Assembly (NCBI GenBank): GCA_012862495.1
Contig: BLSG01000260.1
Location: forward strand, 87,745 to 151,744
Source of the DNA: Thraustochytrium aureum
Taxonomy: Eukaryota
Direction of reading: 5' to 3'
DNA length: 64,000 nucleotides
The position numbers were made by a program, and so were the translations under genes. Below the pieces are notes generated by a model. That model had not been told where the DNA came from, made no database searches, and saw only the letters and a list, made by a program, of their open reading frames with translations. The number at the start of each line of letters is the position of its first letter. Positions within the stretch are counted from its first letter, which is position 1. This document shows positions 49,882 to 60,356 of this stretch, piece after piece.

Positions 49882-50334
49882 CTAGAGCGAGTTGGGGGCC
49901 GGCGCGCCGGCGTGGTCCTCGCAGCCCGACGCTGGCAGGTCCTCGGAGCCCACGAGGTCCTTGGCAAGAGGAAGGAGCAGCTCGCCGACCCTGCTGATTG
50001 CGATCTGCGAAGCGCCGCGCTTGCGGAGCGCGCTCTTCATGCAGCGAAGCCAGGCCTGGGCGTGGTCCATGGTGATTTCGTACGGCCTGTGCGGGGTCTG
50101 CAGGCACATCGTGCCCTTTCGCTGCATGTACAAGTCCGGCCCGCCGAAGAGACCCGAGAGGTACTCGAACAGCTTCTGCCTGCGCGCCTCCGGCTCGTCC
50201 CCAAACATAGCCTGTACTTGCTTGGCAATCGGGTCTGTCGACTCTGCAAGCTCGGTGTAAAACTCGTTGACGAGGGCCCGAACGCCGTGGTTGCCGCCGA
50301 GGTCTTCGTAGACAGTGGGCGCGTCAGCTTCGGG
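49882..50334 (-). CDS. Group II truncated haemoglobin (2/2 globin) domain; no in-frame ATG of its own
   Basis: TVYEDLGG, VNEFY (TyrB10), LFGGPDLY, TPHRPY (HisF8), AWLRCM (TrpG8). Confidence 0.9.
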   Translation of the reverse strand, partial: PEADAPTVYEDLGGNHGVRALVNEFYTELAESTDPIAKQVQAMFGDEPEARRQKLFEYLSGLFGGPDLYMQRKGTMCLQTPHRPYEITMDHAQAWLRCMKSALRKRGASQIAISRVGELLLPLAKDLVGSEDLPASGCEDHAGAPAPNSL

Positions 50335-51592
50335 CCATAGCAGGCCCTTGCGAAAAGCAGGGCGGCCGTGCAGGCCACCAGCGCGACAAGCACGCTGAGC
50401 CAGCCATGCGGTCCCGCGCTGCCCTCGACTCCAGCACCGCGATAGACCTGCCCCCACTTGGCCAGGATGAGGTCGCCGAATGGCTTGGAGAGGTCCAGCT
50501 CGAGGAGCTTGTTGGCCGAGCTCGGACCAGCGGCAGCGCCCTGGTCGGCGGCTAACGAGAGCCGCGACCGGAGCTCGCCCGGGTCTGGCAGCAGGGCGTC
50601 ATAGCTGGGATAGTAAAGTAGACAAACGATATGCGCTCCTGCGCGCCAAGCACGACGCGATGGAGCGGGGACGAGACCCCAGATGCCGTCCGCGCCGCCA
50701 AGAGCGACATGTAGCCGCCTACATTGGCCAGGAGCCAGATCTCGCCGGGCTCGCGAGTCGCATTAATCCGTGGCGCGGCCTTTCTCCACGCGCCCGCCGC
50801 AAATATCTCGAGAGAGTCCAGCTCGTCGGCAAGAATAAGCGTCAGCAAGCCCCAGTCTGTGTGGGGCGACGACCCGGTGCATTCTGGCGCCGCCTGGGCC
50901 GTGCTTGAGCATCCGGCCATTTCAGCCTCGGCAGAGTCGCTGGCAAAGTAGCGAAACACGCGCAGGAGGGAGATGCGCTCGCCTCCCTGGCAAAGGTCTG
51001 CCAGCGACTCGAGGCCCGGGATTCGGGCCAGAAACTGCTCAACTGTGGCGCTGGCCGCGGCACTCAGCGCCTCAAACGTGCGCTCCAACGTCGCCCTGGT
51101 GCCGCCCTCGCCTTCCGCCGCGGCGGGCCAGACATTCGGGGCCTGGAGCGGGTTTCCAGCGCCGCCTTGCCGCGGGTCCTCCTGCCCAGGGTGCCCATAC
51201 GAAAAGCCCTCCTTGACCTCGACGAGCGCCGCGCTGCCGCTTTCGCCCAGCAGCGGCACAAACCCTCGAAAGCCGCCTCTGTGCATTCTGAGCGCCTCCT
51301 TCTCCTCGCTCCCAGTCTGAAACAGCTCTACTGCAGCATCGATGCTGTCCTGCAGCAGCGACTCTGGCAGCCCTCGCACGCGCACAAAGGCGGCGCCCAC
51401 GGCCGCGAGCGAGGCAACGATTTCGTCGTCCAGCTCGACGTGTCCCTGGCGCCCTTCCTGGCCGACATGGACCTCGACCACCGGCAGGCGCACGACGCGC
51501 CCTGCCTCGTCGCCCACGGACGCGGCCGCCGCTGCCACCACCACCGCGGCAGCAGTGGCCAGCAGGAGCGAGCAGCAGCGCGTCGTCGGCAT
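50335..51592 (-). CDS. 2OG-Fe(II) dioxygenase (IPNS/DIOX-like) with signal peptide and C-terminal TM helix
   Basis: ATG 51592 in AAAATG context, hydrophobic leader, GFRGFVPLLGE...VKEGFSYG, HTD, LHRV, RIS. After a 1-bp correction at 50615-50617 it continues YFYYPSYDA...PFGDLILAKWGQVYR...WLSVLVALVACTAALLFA. Confidence 0.85.
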
Positions 51593-52473
51593 TTTGCGGT
51601 CCTGGTCGTGGCAGAAGGCGGGAATGAAGGGCATGGCGGACACGAAGAGCGCCAAGGGACGGACCAATCTCTCCCTTCCGCGCGCACTCGTGCAGTCGCG
51701 CAACGCTCGAGCACGCGGCAGAGCTGTGGCTGGCANNNNNNNNNNNNNNNNNNNNNNNNNNNNNNNNNNNNNNNNNNNNNNNNNNNNNNNNNNNNNNNNN
51801 NNNNNNNNNNNNNNNNNNNNNNNNNNNNNNNNNNNNNNNNNNNNNNNNNNNNNNNNNNNNNNNNNNNNNNNNNNNNNNNNNNNNNNNNNNNNNNNNNNNN
51901 NNNNNNNNNNNNNNNNNNNNNNNNNNNNNNNNNNNNNNNNNNNNNNNNNNNNNNNNNNNNNNNNNNNNNNNNNNNNNNNNNNNNNNNNNNNNNNNNNNNN
52001 NNNNNNNNNNNNNNNNNNNNNNNNNNNNNNNNNNNNNNNNNNNNNNNNNNNNNNNNNNNNNNNNNNNNNNNNNNNNNNNNNNNNNNNNNNNNNNNNNNNN
52101 NNNNNNNNNNNNNNNNNNNNNNNNNNNNNNNNNNNNNNNNNNNNNNNNNNNNNNNNNNNNNNNNNNNNNNNNNNNNNNNNNNNNNNNNNNNNNNNNNNNN
52201 NNNNNNNNNNNNNNNNNNNNNNNNNNNNNNNNNNNNNNNNNNNNNNNNNNNNNNNNNNNNNNNNNNNNNNNNNNNNNNNNNNNNNNNNNNNNNNNNNNNN
52301 NNNNNNNNNNNNNNNNNNNNNNNNNNNNNNNNNNNNNNNNNNNNNNNNNNNNNNNNNNNNNNNNNNNNNNNNNNNNNNNNNNNNNNNNNNNNNNNNNNNN
52401 NNNNNNNNNNNNNNNNNNNNNNNNNNNNNNNNNNNNNNNNNNNNNNNNNNNNNNNNNNNNNNNNNNNNNNNNN

Positions 52474-53008
52474 AGAACAAGCTCACCCAGGCCATGAGAA
52501 GGTAGTTGTACATGCTATCGCGCAGCAGATCCGACAGGGAGTCCACGCTGCGCACGGGCTCGCCGTGCTCAAGCGTGTAGACCTGCTTGGCGATGTCGAC
52601 GTTGAAGACGGCGTTTAGCACGATGGAGATCCCGTACAGCGGGACGAGCCAGCCTGCCTGGAACATGACGGACGAGAGCTCTTGCACGAACGCGAGCACG
52701 CGCGCCCACTTTTCGCGGAGCGCCTCGTTGTCTGCTTGCTGGCCGAGTCCGTCCAGCCAAGCCATCTCCTCGCCGATCCGCGTCAGGAGCGGGGTCAAGA
52801 GGAGGTTGAACAGCACGATCGACCCGATAAACAGCGTCCCGTTCAGCACAAAGCACTGTTGCGCGCTTATCGACGACGAGGTCTGCAGCCTCACCCAGTA
52901 CTGTAGCGTCCTGTGCCAGCTCACGGCGTCGCTGACGCCGGTCCAGCAGGCCAGCCTCGGCGGCGCTTCTCTCGCTGGCGGCTCCGCGGTGGCGTGATCG
53001 GGAGACAT
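52474..53008 (-). CDS. EI24: EI24 (etoposide-induced protein 2.4) family membrane protein, 3' partial
   Basis: QCFVLNGTLFIGSIVLF...WLVPLYGISIVLNAVFNVDIAKQVY. Runs into gap 51736-52473. Confidence 0.75.
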
Positions 53009-53197
53009 GGGGGCGGAGACTGTTTCCTTCCTTCAGGTGGCCGGCCTCACCGACGAGTTGCAGCAGCTCGAGTGGCCCGTCGCCAGTCGAGAGATCATGC
53101 GGCCGCGGTCCTCTGCCGTGGCGGGCAGGCCGCGGTCCCAGCTCGTGGATGTCCGAGGCGTCCGAGTTGGCGCACTGTGGCGTAGGTAGCGCAGCGC

Positions 53198-53940
53198 GCA
53201 TAGGACCTGCATAGGAACTTGTAGCTGTTCTTCGTCACCTTGGCGTAGCGCGCGTAGGACCTCTTAGCGCAGTTATTTACGACTGGGAGGTGGGAGGGCT
53301 GTTGTTTCTTGGTCTGCGAATGTTGACATTCGGCGCCGCTTTTCTCGTCACCTTGGCGTAGCGCGCGTAGGACCTCTTAGCGCGGTTTTGACCGATTGGG
53401 AGGGCTCTCAAATAACTTCACGGTACGCAAATGTTGACATTCGGCGCCACTTTTCTCGTCACCTTGGCGTAGCGCGCATAGGACCTCTTAGCGCGGTTTT
53501 GACCGAGTGGGAGGGCGCGCAATGCGCAATCCGCCCACAATGTGCCGTTGCAAATGTCAACGGCACGTTTTGGTGGTAGTCGCCAGTAGGACCTCCTACA
53601 GCACGGCGTGCTTTGATGTGCCAGACATTCCAAAACGCAAATGTTTACATTCGGCGCCGCTTTTCTCCTCACCTTGGCGTAGCGCACGTAGGACCTCTTA
53701 GCGCAGTTATTTACGACTGGGAGGTGGGAGGGCTGTTGTTTCACGGTCTGCAAATGTTTACATTCGGCGCCGCTTTTCTCGTCACCTTGGCGTAGCGCGC
53801 ATAGGACCTCTTAGCGCGGTTTTGACTGAGTGGGAGGGTTCTCCGCACAGCGTGCCATCACAAATGTCAACGTTTGCCTCGGCGGCACCTTGGCTTGACT
53901 CGCGTAGGACCTCCTAGCGCAGGGTGGACCGAGTGGGAGA
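53198..53940. repeat. Degenerate ~110-bp tandem array (about 7 units) with conserved core and variable segment
   Basis: Core TCGTCACCTTGGCGTAGCGCGCRTAGGACCTCTTAGCGC at 53232, 53345, 53456, 53666 and 53779. Degenerate copies near 53575 and 53882. Confidence 0.92.
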
Positions 53941-54177
53941 TGCACGCGTTGTTGCGATGCGCACGCCACTGTTAACATTTTGTAACGGTATTCTCACACG
54001 AAAGTGAATGAATGAATGAATGATTGTTGCATGCAGACACCGATTGGCAGCCTGCGAGCCAGCCTCCGAGCACCATCGATCGAACAGGCAGGCAGGCACC
54101 AAGGCAGGCATCAAGGCAGGCAGGCGGCCGACGCACTGCGGGCTGCGGGCGGGTTTGGGGCCCGAGCGCAAGCAAGG

Positions 54178-56237
54178 ATGAGCGAGATCTCGTTCATCGT
54201 CGACAAGCTCAACCAAAAGCCGTTCGGGAAGGCGTTCACGCTGGTCAGCTTCGATGAGCTGTCGCCGTTCGAACTGCTGCAGCTGCTGAACGATGTGCTC
54301 GTGTACCTGGACCCCGTGCAGCACAAGGTGGACCTCCGGGATGAAAACCAGAACAAGGAGGGCTCCACGGCGGCGCGGATCACAGACTTTATGCGTATTC
54401 TCAAGTACCAGGTACCGGCAAACGCGGACCAATTCAAAGCCGCGCTAGGCAACGGAGACCGCGCTGCCATCTACCCCGTACTGCACTACATCCTCTCCCG
54501 ACTCGAGCCGATGAAGACGCGCGCCTACCTGGCACGGTTCCTCGTCAAGCTGGACATCCCCCCGGCCTTCCTGCACGACGAGTCCATCCAGGAGGTCTAC
54601 CAGCAGTACAAAGCGATGCAACGCGAGTTCAAGGACGCGCACAAGTCGGTAGAGGCCCTCCGACACAACACGATGCAGCCCGGCGAGCTGAAGCGCGAAA
54701 TCACGCAACTCGAGGAGGAGAAGGCGCAGCTCCTGGAGAAGATCGCGCACCTTGAGCGCAAGACCGAGTCCACGCCGGGCTTCGAGGAGCTCTACGAGGT
54801 CACGAGCGCGCTGCGCCGAGAGCAGGAGGAAGAGAGCAAGGTGCAGGACCAGGGCCGCGAGCAGCAAGCCGCGCTCGAAATGAGCGAAAGCCGCCTCGCC
54901 CAGGTCCGCCGCCGCTTCGAAGAGCTCCAGGCTGCCCAGCGCGACGACGCCCCCCACGAGCTCCTGGAGCGCCTGGAGCGCGAGGTGCGCGAGAACCGCA
55001 CGTATTTAGAGGAGGAGCTCCCACGCGAACTCGAGCACGGGTACGAGCGCCTGAACGAGCTGGAGCGCGACCTCAGCGAGCCCATCAAGTCGCAGTCTGA
55101 CGTCGACGAGATGGACGCGCGCGTGCGCCGCGCGCAACGCGAGATCGACAGCCTCCAGGACGAAGTGGACCGCGCGCGCAGGCTCAACGGCGGCGACGAC
55201 AAGCTCAAGATGTTCCGCCAGCAAGGCGCGATGATCGCGCGCAAGCTCGAGGAGAAGGAGAGCGAGCTCGAGCGCGCGCGCAAAGAGAGCCAGCAGACCG
55301 AGCGCGACATCGCCGACAAAGAGCGCGCCATAGCCGAGCTCAGCGGGCCAAAGTTTATGAAGAAGCACGAGTTCAAAGAGTACGCAAACTCGCTGCGCCA
55401 GAAGACGCACGAGTACAAGCAGAAAAAGGCCCAGCTCGCGGCGCTGCGCGCCGAGACGGTGGTCCTCAACCGCACCGAGGCAATAATGCGCACACGTGGC
55501 GAGAACGTGGAGGAGTTTCTCAAGACTGTCGAGCGCGGCGCGGGCGTCGAAGGCGCCGGAGATGTCGAGCTCGAGCTCGAGAGCGTCTCCAAAAAGGCGG
55601 CCGACCTCAACAAGGCGAAAAAGATGACGCTGGAGGAAATCTCCGAGATCGTGCGCCAGCTGAAGGACACCCTGGCAAAGCGCAAGGCCAAGCTCACGCC
55701 ACAGATCCAAAAGCTGCGCACTGTGCGCGAGCGCTTCAAGGAGCTCGAGCAAGACTATCTTGAGAAAAAGGCCATTTACGAGAACACCGCGGTGGGGCTC
55801 GAGAGCGAGCGCATCAAGCTCGAGAGTGACTGCAACGCGTACCAGCAAGAGTGCCTGCGCGAGGAGAGCCGCTTCCACTACCTGCACAGCCTGACGGACA
55901 TCGCAAATGTTCAGCTCAACCGCGTCCAGGACGAGCTCGCGTTCCAGCGCGGCGACGGCCGCCTCTTGCGCGACTTCAAGTCATACAAGGACCTCTACAC
56001 GCACAAGATCCAGCAGCAAGAGCAGCTCGCCAAAGAGCTGCGCAAAAAGCAAAAGGCGCTCAAAGAGAACGCCAACGTCAACTGCGAGCAGCGCCAGATG
56101 TTTGTCGACCTCAAGCGCTTGCTGCAGGTCAAGGTGCAAGCTAAGCAAAAGGAAACCAGGGTCCTCAGGGCAACGAGGACGGCGTGCTCGACCTTGGCCA
56201 GGACTTTGGCGGCGCCAATGTGCTGCAAATGTCCTAG
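54178..56237 (+). CDS. IFT81: Intraflagellar transport protein 81
   Basis: MSEISFIVDKLNQKPF...SFDELS...LLQLLNDV (NN-CH domain), RAYLARFL, long coiled coils, KLKMFRQQ, FKEYANSLR. A 1-bp deletion near 56153, when corrected, gives the C-terminus ...FGGANVLQMS* at 56237. Confidence 0.93.
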
Positions 56238-56722
56238 ATCATTTCTCGAAAACCAGCCCGTGGACCGCCCGAGCGCCACGTGGATGCTTGAACGCGCAAA
56301 CCCACGCGCGCAAGCACACGCCTACTAAGCGCACGCGGAAACTACGCGCAAAAGTACCTACGCCCAGGCGCTTCTGGTCGGGTCGCAGCACTAGCTAGCC
56401 CTCTCGAGCTAGCTCTGCTAGTAGATTGAGGCAGCGCTCTCGAGCTAGCTCTCTCTAGAGGGAGCAAGAGGCAGGCAGGCCCAAGTACCAACGTTGATGT
56501 GAAATGCACCTTTTCTTCGGCTCCTCCAAAGGCAGTGTGCGACACGCAAGGAGCTGACGCGCAACAATAACAACAATCAAAATCAATTCCGGGTTGCCTA
56601 GGTACGGGCCTGCTCTTTCTTCTCATGCGCACGCTCCAGCCAGCAAGTTGCAAGGATCTCCAGTCGTGATGCGCAAGATCTCAAGGGGGAAAACGAAAAG
56701 GCAACCCCTTACAGTTTCATTC

Positions 56723-58379
56723 TCAAGGCAGCGTCTGGTTTCCATGAAACAACGCAGAATTGATGCAATAAAGCTCCCGTAGACCGCCGGGCCGGAAAGT
56801 GTCGATGCACCTGCACATGTCTTGCCCATAGCACGCTGGCGTGAAGATGTCCTGGTTGACGACCATGCTGTTGACACTCGCAGCAACAAACCCGTTGACG
56901 ACCATGAGCGAAAAGTAAAAGTACCGCGGTGTGGTATTCAGCACCTGCAAAAGCGGGAAGCCCTTGCGAATCTCTATCGTGGAGCACACGATGTCCACGA
57001 AGACCTCAGCCACAAGCTGCGTCAAGGTCGAATTTATTACCTGAGAGAAGTCAAACTTGCCTGAAAAAGGGTCCTTTTGACTGTTGTAGTACTCGACTGG
57101 AAAGAGGAGCACGGCATCCTGGAAAAACCACAGCAGCATTGGGCTCAACAATATGCCCACGAACTCGCTGATCGATTCGCCAATGAGCACCACAGCGTGA
57201 AATCTGTCCAACGCTGCATCCCTCGTGGTGGTAGACGTCGTTCGTTCTCCAATAGTGTCTTTGCTGCTGCTGCTGAGTCCAGTCACTCGAGTGAATTGAT
57301 GCGGAGAGCCCTTGGCCGGGAACACCGGCGGGGCGCGCCCGAGTCGTTCGGCCGAGTCGATGCGTGCACCAGCCCCGCCAGCGATTTCGATGGCACTTAC
57401 TCGAGCTCGGTCTCGGTTGACGAGGGGCCGCAGAGCCTCAAATACCGTCGAAGCTGCGCGACGGACCAAACGGTCACGTCCGCGTATTGTCAGTCGCATA
57501 ATCACTTCCATCGCGCTCTGGAAGGCGATAACAAGAATAATGAGCTTCGCCGAGGTGAGCTGCGCAAATACAAGGCGGACCACTATCGAGTGCAAGAGCT
57601 GCATCCACATGACAAACATCCAGCTCTGGATGCGAGTGACGGGCTGTGGGCCTCCGACTTTGGGCGAGAGCATGAGACTCCGACATGTCCAGCGGGCTCC
57701 AAAGTACATCGATTCGCGCAGTAAGGGATAGTAGACGATCATGAACATGAGCCGCTCGCCATCAGTTCGAGTTGGCATCAAACGGACTACTGTGATCGTG
57801 ACAAACCCGAGCATCAAAGTCACGCAAAGTATGGCTATGGACCGGGGCACACGCGAGCCCCTGGGCAGTATCGCCTTGATTGTGGCCACGTTGAATAGCA
57901 GCGGTATCAGCGTGGATGCTGCGCCGATAAAACGGAACAGAACAGCGGTTAACGCCACACCAACGACAGTTGTAAGCCCCAGAACGACTGTTTGTCGCAC
58001 CGTGCAGTTGGCGTACAACGTCACCGCGTAAGGGATCAGCAGGTAAACCAAAGGAAAACATCCAGTCGTACGAGAAGCCCTCGAGCACGGAGTATTCGGG
58101 GAGCCTGTAAATAAGGGGCTCGTACTTGCTCGTATCCACGGTCCAAAATGACTGCAGCCGGTGGTGTTTGCGCGGATACCAGAACTGGATAAATGTTGGC
58201 AGCGCGAACAGGGCAAACAAGCTTGTTTTGAACGTCACAAACAGCGCTCCCTTCAGCGCAGTCGTCCACGGCATTGCAGGGTTCCTCGCCTCCGAAACGC
58301 TTGGAATCGAGGGCGGTGAGGTCCCACTGCCAGGCTCGCCGCTGTGCCCGTGTGGCCCACTCGCCTCGTGCTCGCGCAT
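56723..58379 (-). CDS. Multi-pass membrane protein of unknown function
   Basis: ORFs 57762-58472 and 56723-58216 joined by a frameshift near 58057. About 10 hydrophobic segments. Start uncertain. Confidence 0.65.
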
Positions 58380-60356
58380 GTGTCCGCCGCCTTGCGCTCG
58401 ATGACTGCTGCTCTCTGCACCCTGGCAAGCGGTCGGTTGGCCGGCCGCGCCCAGCCCGGTTGGCGTCTGCACGCCAAGCGTTGCTGCTCGCCAAGTCGGG
58501 CAGGACGCTATTCAATCAAGACGCTGTTCAACGGAGCGAAAGAAGTGGGGAAGTGAATGTATGCCGCAATGGAAGGGTGGCACACGAAACGGACAAATTG
58601 TGTAGTGTATCTTTGCGGCCAGGACCGCAACCAAGCTACGCGACTCCAACCGACTCGGCGACGACGACAGCACCTCGAAACGCCGCCTGGAAGGGCTCCT
58701 GTGTCGCCGCCATTCACCCAGCGAATTTGCACGACGGCGCAGACTACACGCCGACACCAACGGACACCGGATCCGTTCAATCAACCAATCAATCCAGTTG
58801 GCTCCTGCCTCCGCGGAGAACCGAGTTCCTTGCTCCGTGCCAATGCGCGCAGTCAGGGCCGCCAAGCCCAGGGACCACCGTCACGCCGTCATGGCCCTCA
58901 TGACCGAACACGGTCATGACCGAAGGGACTACTACGCTCATGCCTTCATGCCGGATGCTCGTCTCGAATTCCTGTTCAATGACAAACGAGTGCGTCGCGA
59001 GCCGGTGGACTGGCAGGAGCAGCCTGCAAACTCACGACCCCATGCGAAGACTTGGGTCTTGGGTGCCGTGGGTTTGCCATGGGTTTGCCGTTGGTTTGCT
59101 TTTGGCACGGTGGCGTCTACTTGCGCAGTCGGCGAACATTCACCGTGCTGGCCACGAGACGCACGGACGTGCCGTTTGAAACCTGCTTCGATCGGATCAA
59201 GGTAGGTACAAACGCTGCAGCCTGCCTACCGAGTACCTATGCTACCACCAACCCCTGCCCCGTCGACGGCGCGTCGCGCCGCACCCGCCTCGCGGTGGTC
59301 GACCGGTGGATCCGCCACGAGCGGTGCGGATCGCGCGGTCTCAAACCCACCAAGCGGGGTCCCACTTGATCCCACCAACGCGCCGCCATCCGTGCCGCCA
59401 GCTCGTCGCCACATCACGGTCGGGCTGTGCGAGGCTCTCGCGGCTTCACGGCCACGCGCTGGCGCACACTGGCGCAGGCTGCATGGAGCTGGGCATGTCG
59501 ATGTCGGAGCAGTATCTCGCTTGAGAGTGACGCCAGCAACCGCGCTGCGCTGGCACTCTCGCATCATTTGCCCTCGCCACCACCAACCAACGCGCTGCTA
59601 ATAAGGCTGCCTCGCACGCGCGTGGAACGACGGGAGGATGCCGGAGCCAGCCAGACTCAAACGCTGCCAGATGCACACCACCGACGCAAGCATTCACCAG
59701 TGCACTGCTAGGAAGCTGGCCTGTGAGATTGTGAGCAGAGCAGGTGCAAGTGGAAAAGTGTACCAACTTTGTGACTTTGTCGCCTACTTTCATTCAAGTT
59801 TCTGGCAATCTCCAAGCGCGAAGGCCCTACTAGTAACTGGACACCGGTACATGGCATGCCATGACCCGTGGGTTTGCTTGCAACTCTTTGTGGCATTCTC
59901 TGCGCCGCTGGCGCGGTTTGGTGAGTTTAGGGGCGGGAGAGCGGCGAAAACCTCGAGCATTTCTGATCTCCTTTGCCGTGTGCACGCCAGTGGTGTTGTT
60001 GAGGCTGCAGCCTGCAAGAACCCATGCCCTAGGCCTACTAGTACTCTGCGTGGAGTACTCCTTACCCCCAACACCACTCTGCGCTCGATCGGCGCAGAAT
60101 TGTAGCGCTCTTCTCATGCAGAGCCTTCTCATGCAAGTGTGGCAAGTATGCATACCTTCTTCTCGGAGCCCGCCAGGCCGAATCATCAGGTACAACTGCT
60201 GCTGGTATTGTATTGCTGGCTCGACGAGCACCAAAGCTCGAACGAGTCGCGCAAGCGCAAGACGAAAACGTTCGAAAGGACGCCAGGCAAGTGGTCGGTT
60301 TGTTGATCATCAATCAACTCAAGGCGAGCAGGACAGCCCTTGCGCGCAGGCACTCG

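Noticed and set aside
50552..53008. 818-aa ORF suggesting an EI24-dioxygenase fusion
   Set aside because: It is continuous only because the frame reads through a 738-N gap. The dioxygenase has its own ATG and signal peptide.
53320..53765. TGTTTAC/TGTTGAC as forkhead (FOXJ1) sites upstream of IFT81
   Set aside because: The match is short and part of a palindrome in the repeat, and there is no evidence that this lineage has forkhead factors.
53198..53940. Bona fide CRISPR array
   Set aside because: The conserved block is too long and degenerate, variable segments are partly duplicated, the context is eukaryotic and no cas genes are present. Kept as a repeat of unknown function.
58500..60200. 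Short ORFs such as 58798-59205 and 59638-60105, or a possible mobile-element remnant
   Set aside because: No recognisable domain, terminal repeat or transposase motif, so no call can be supported.
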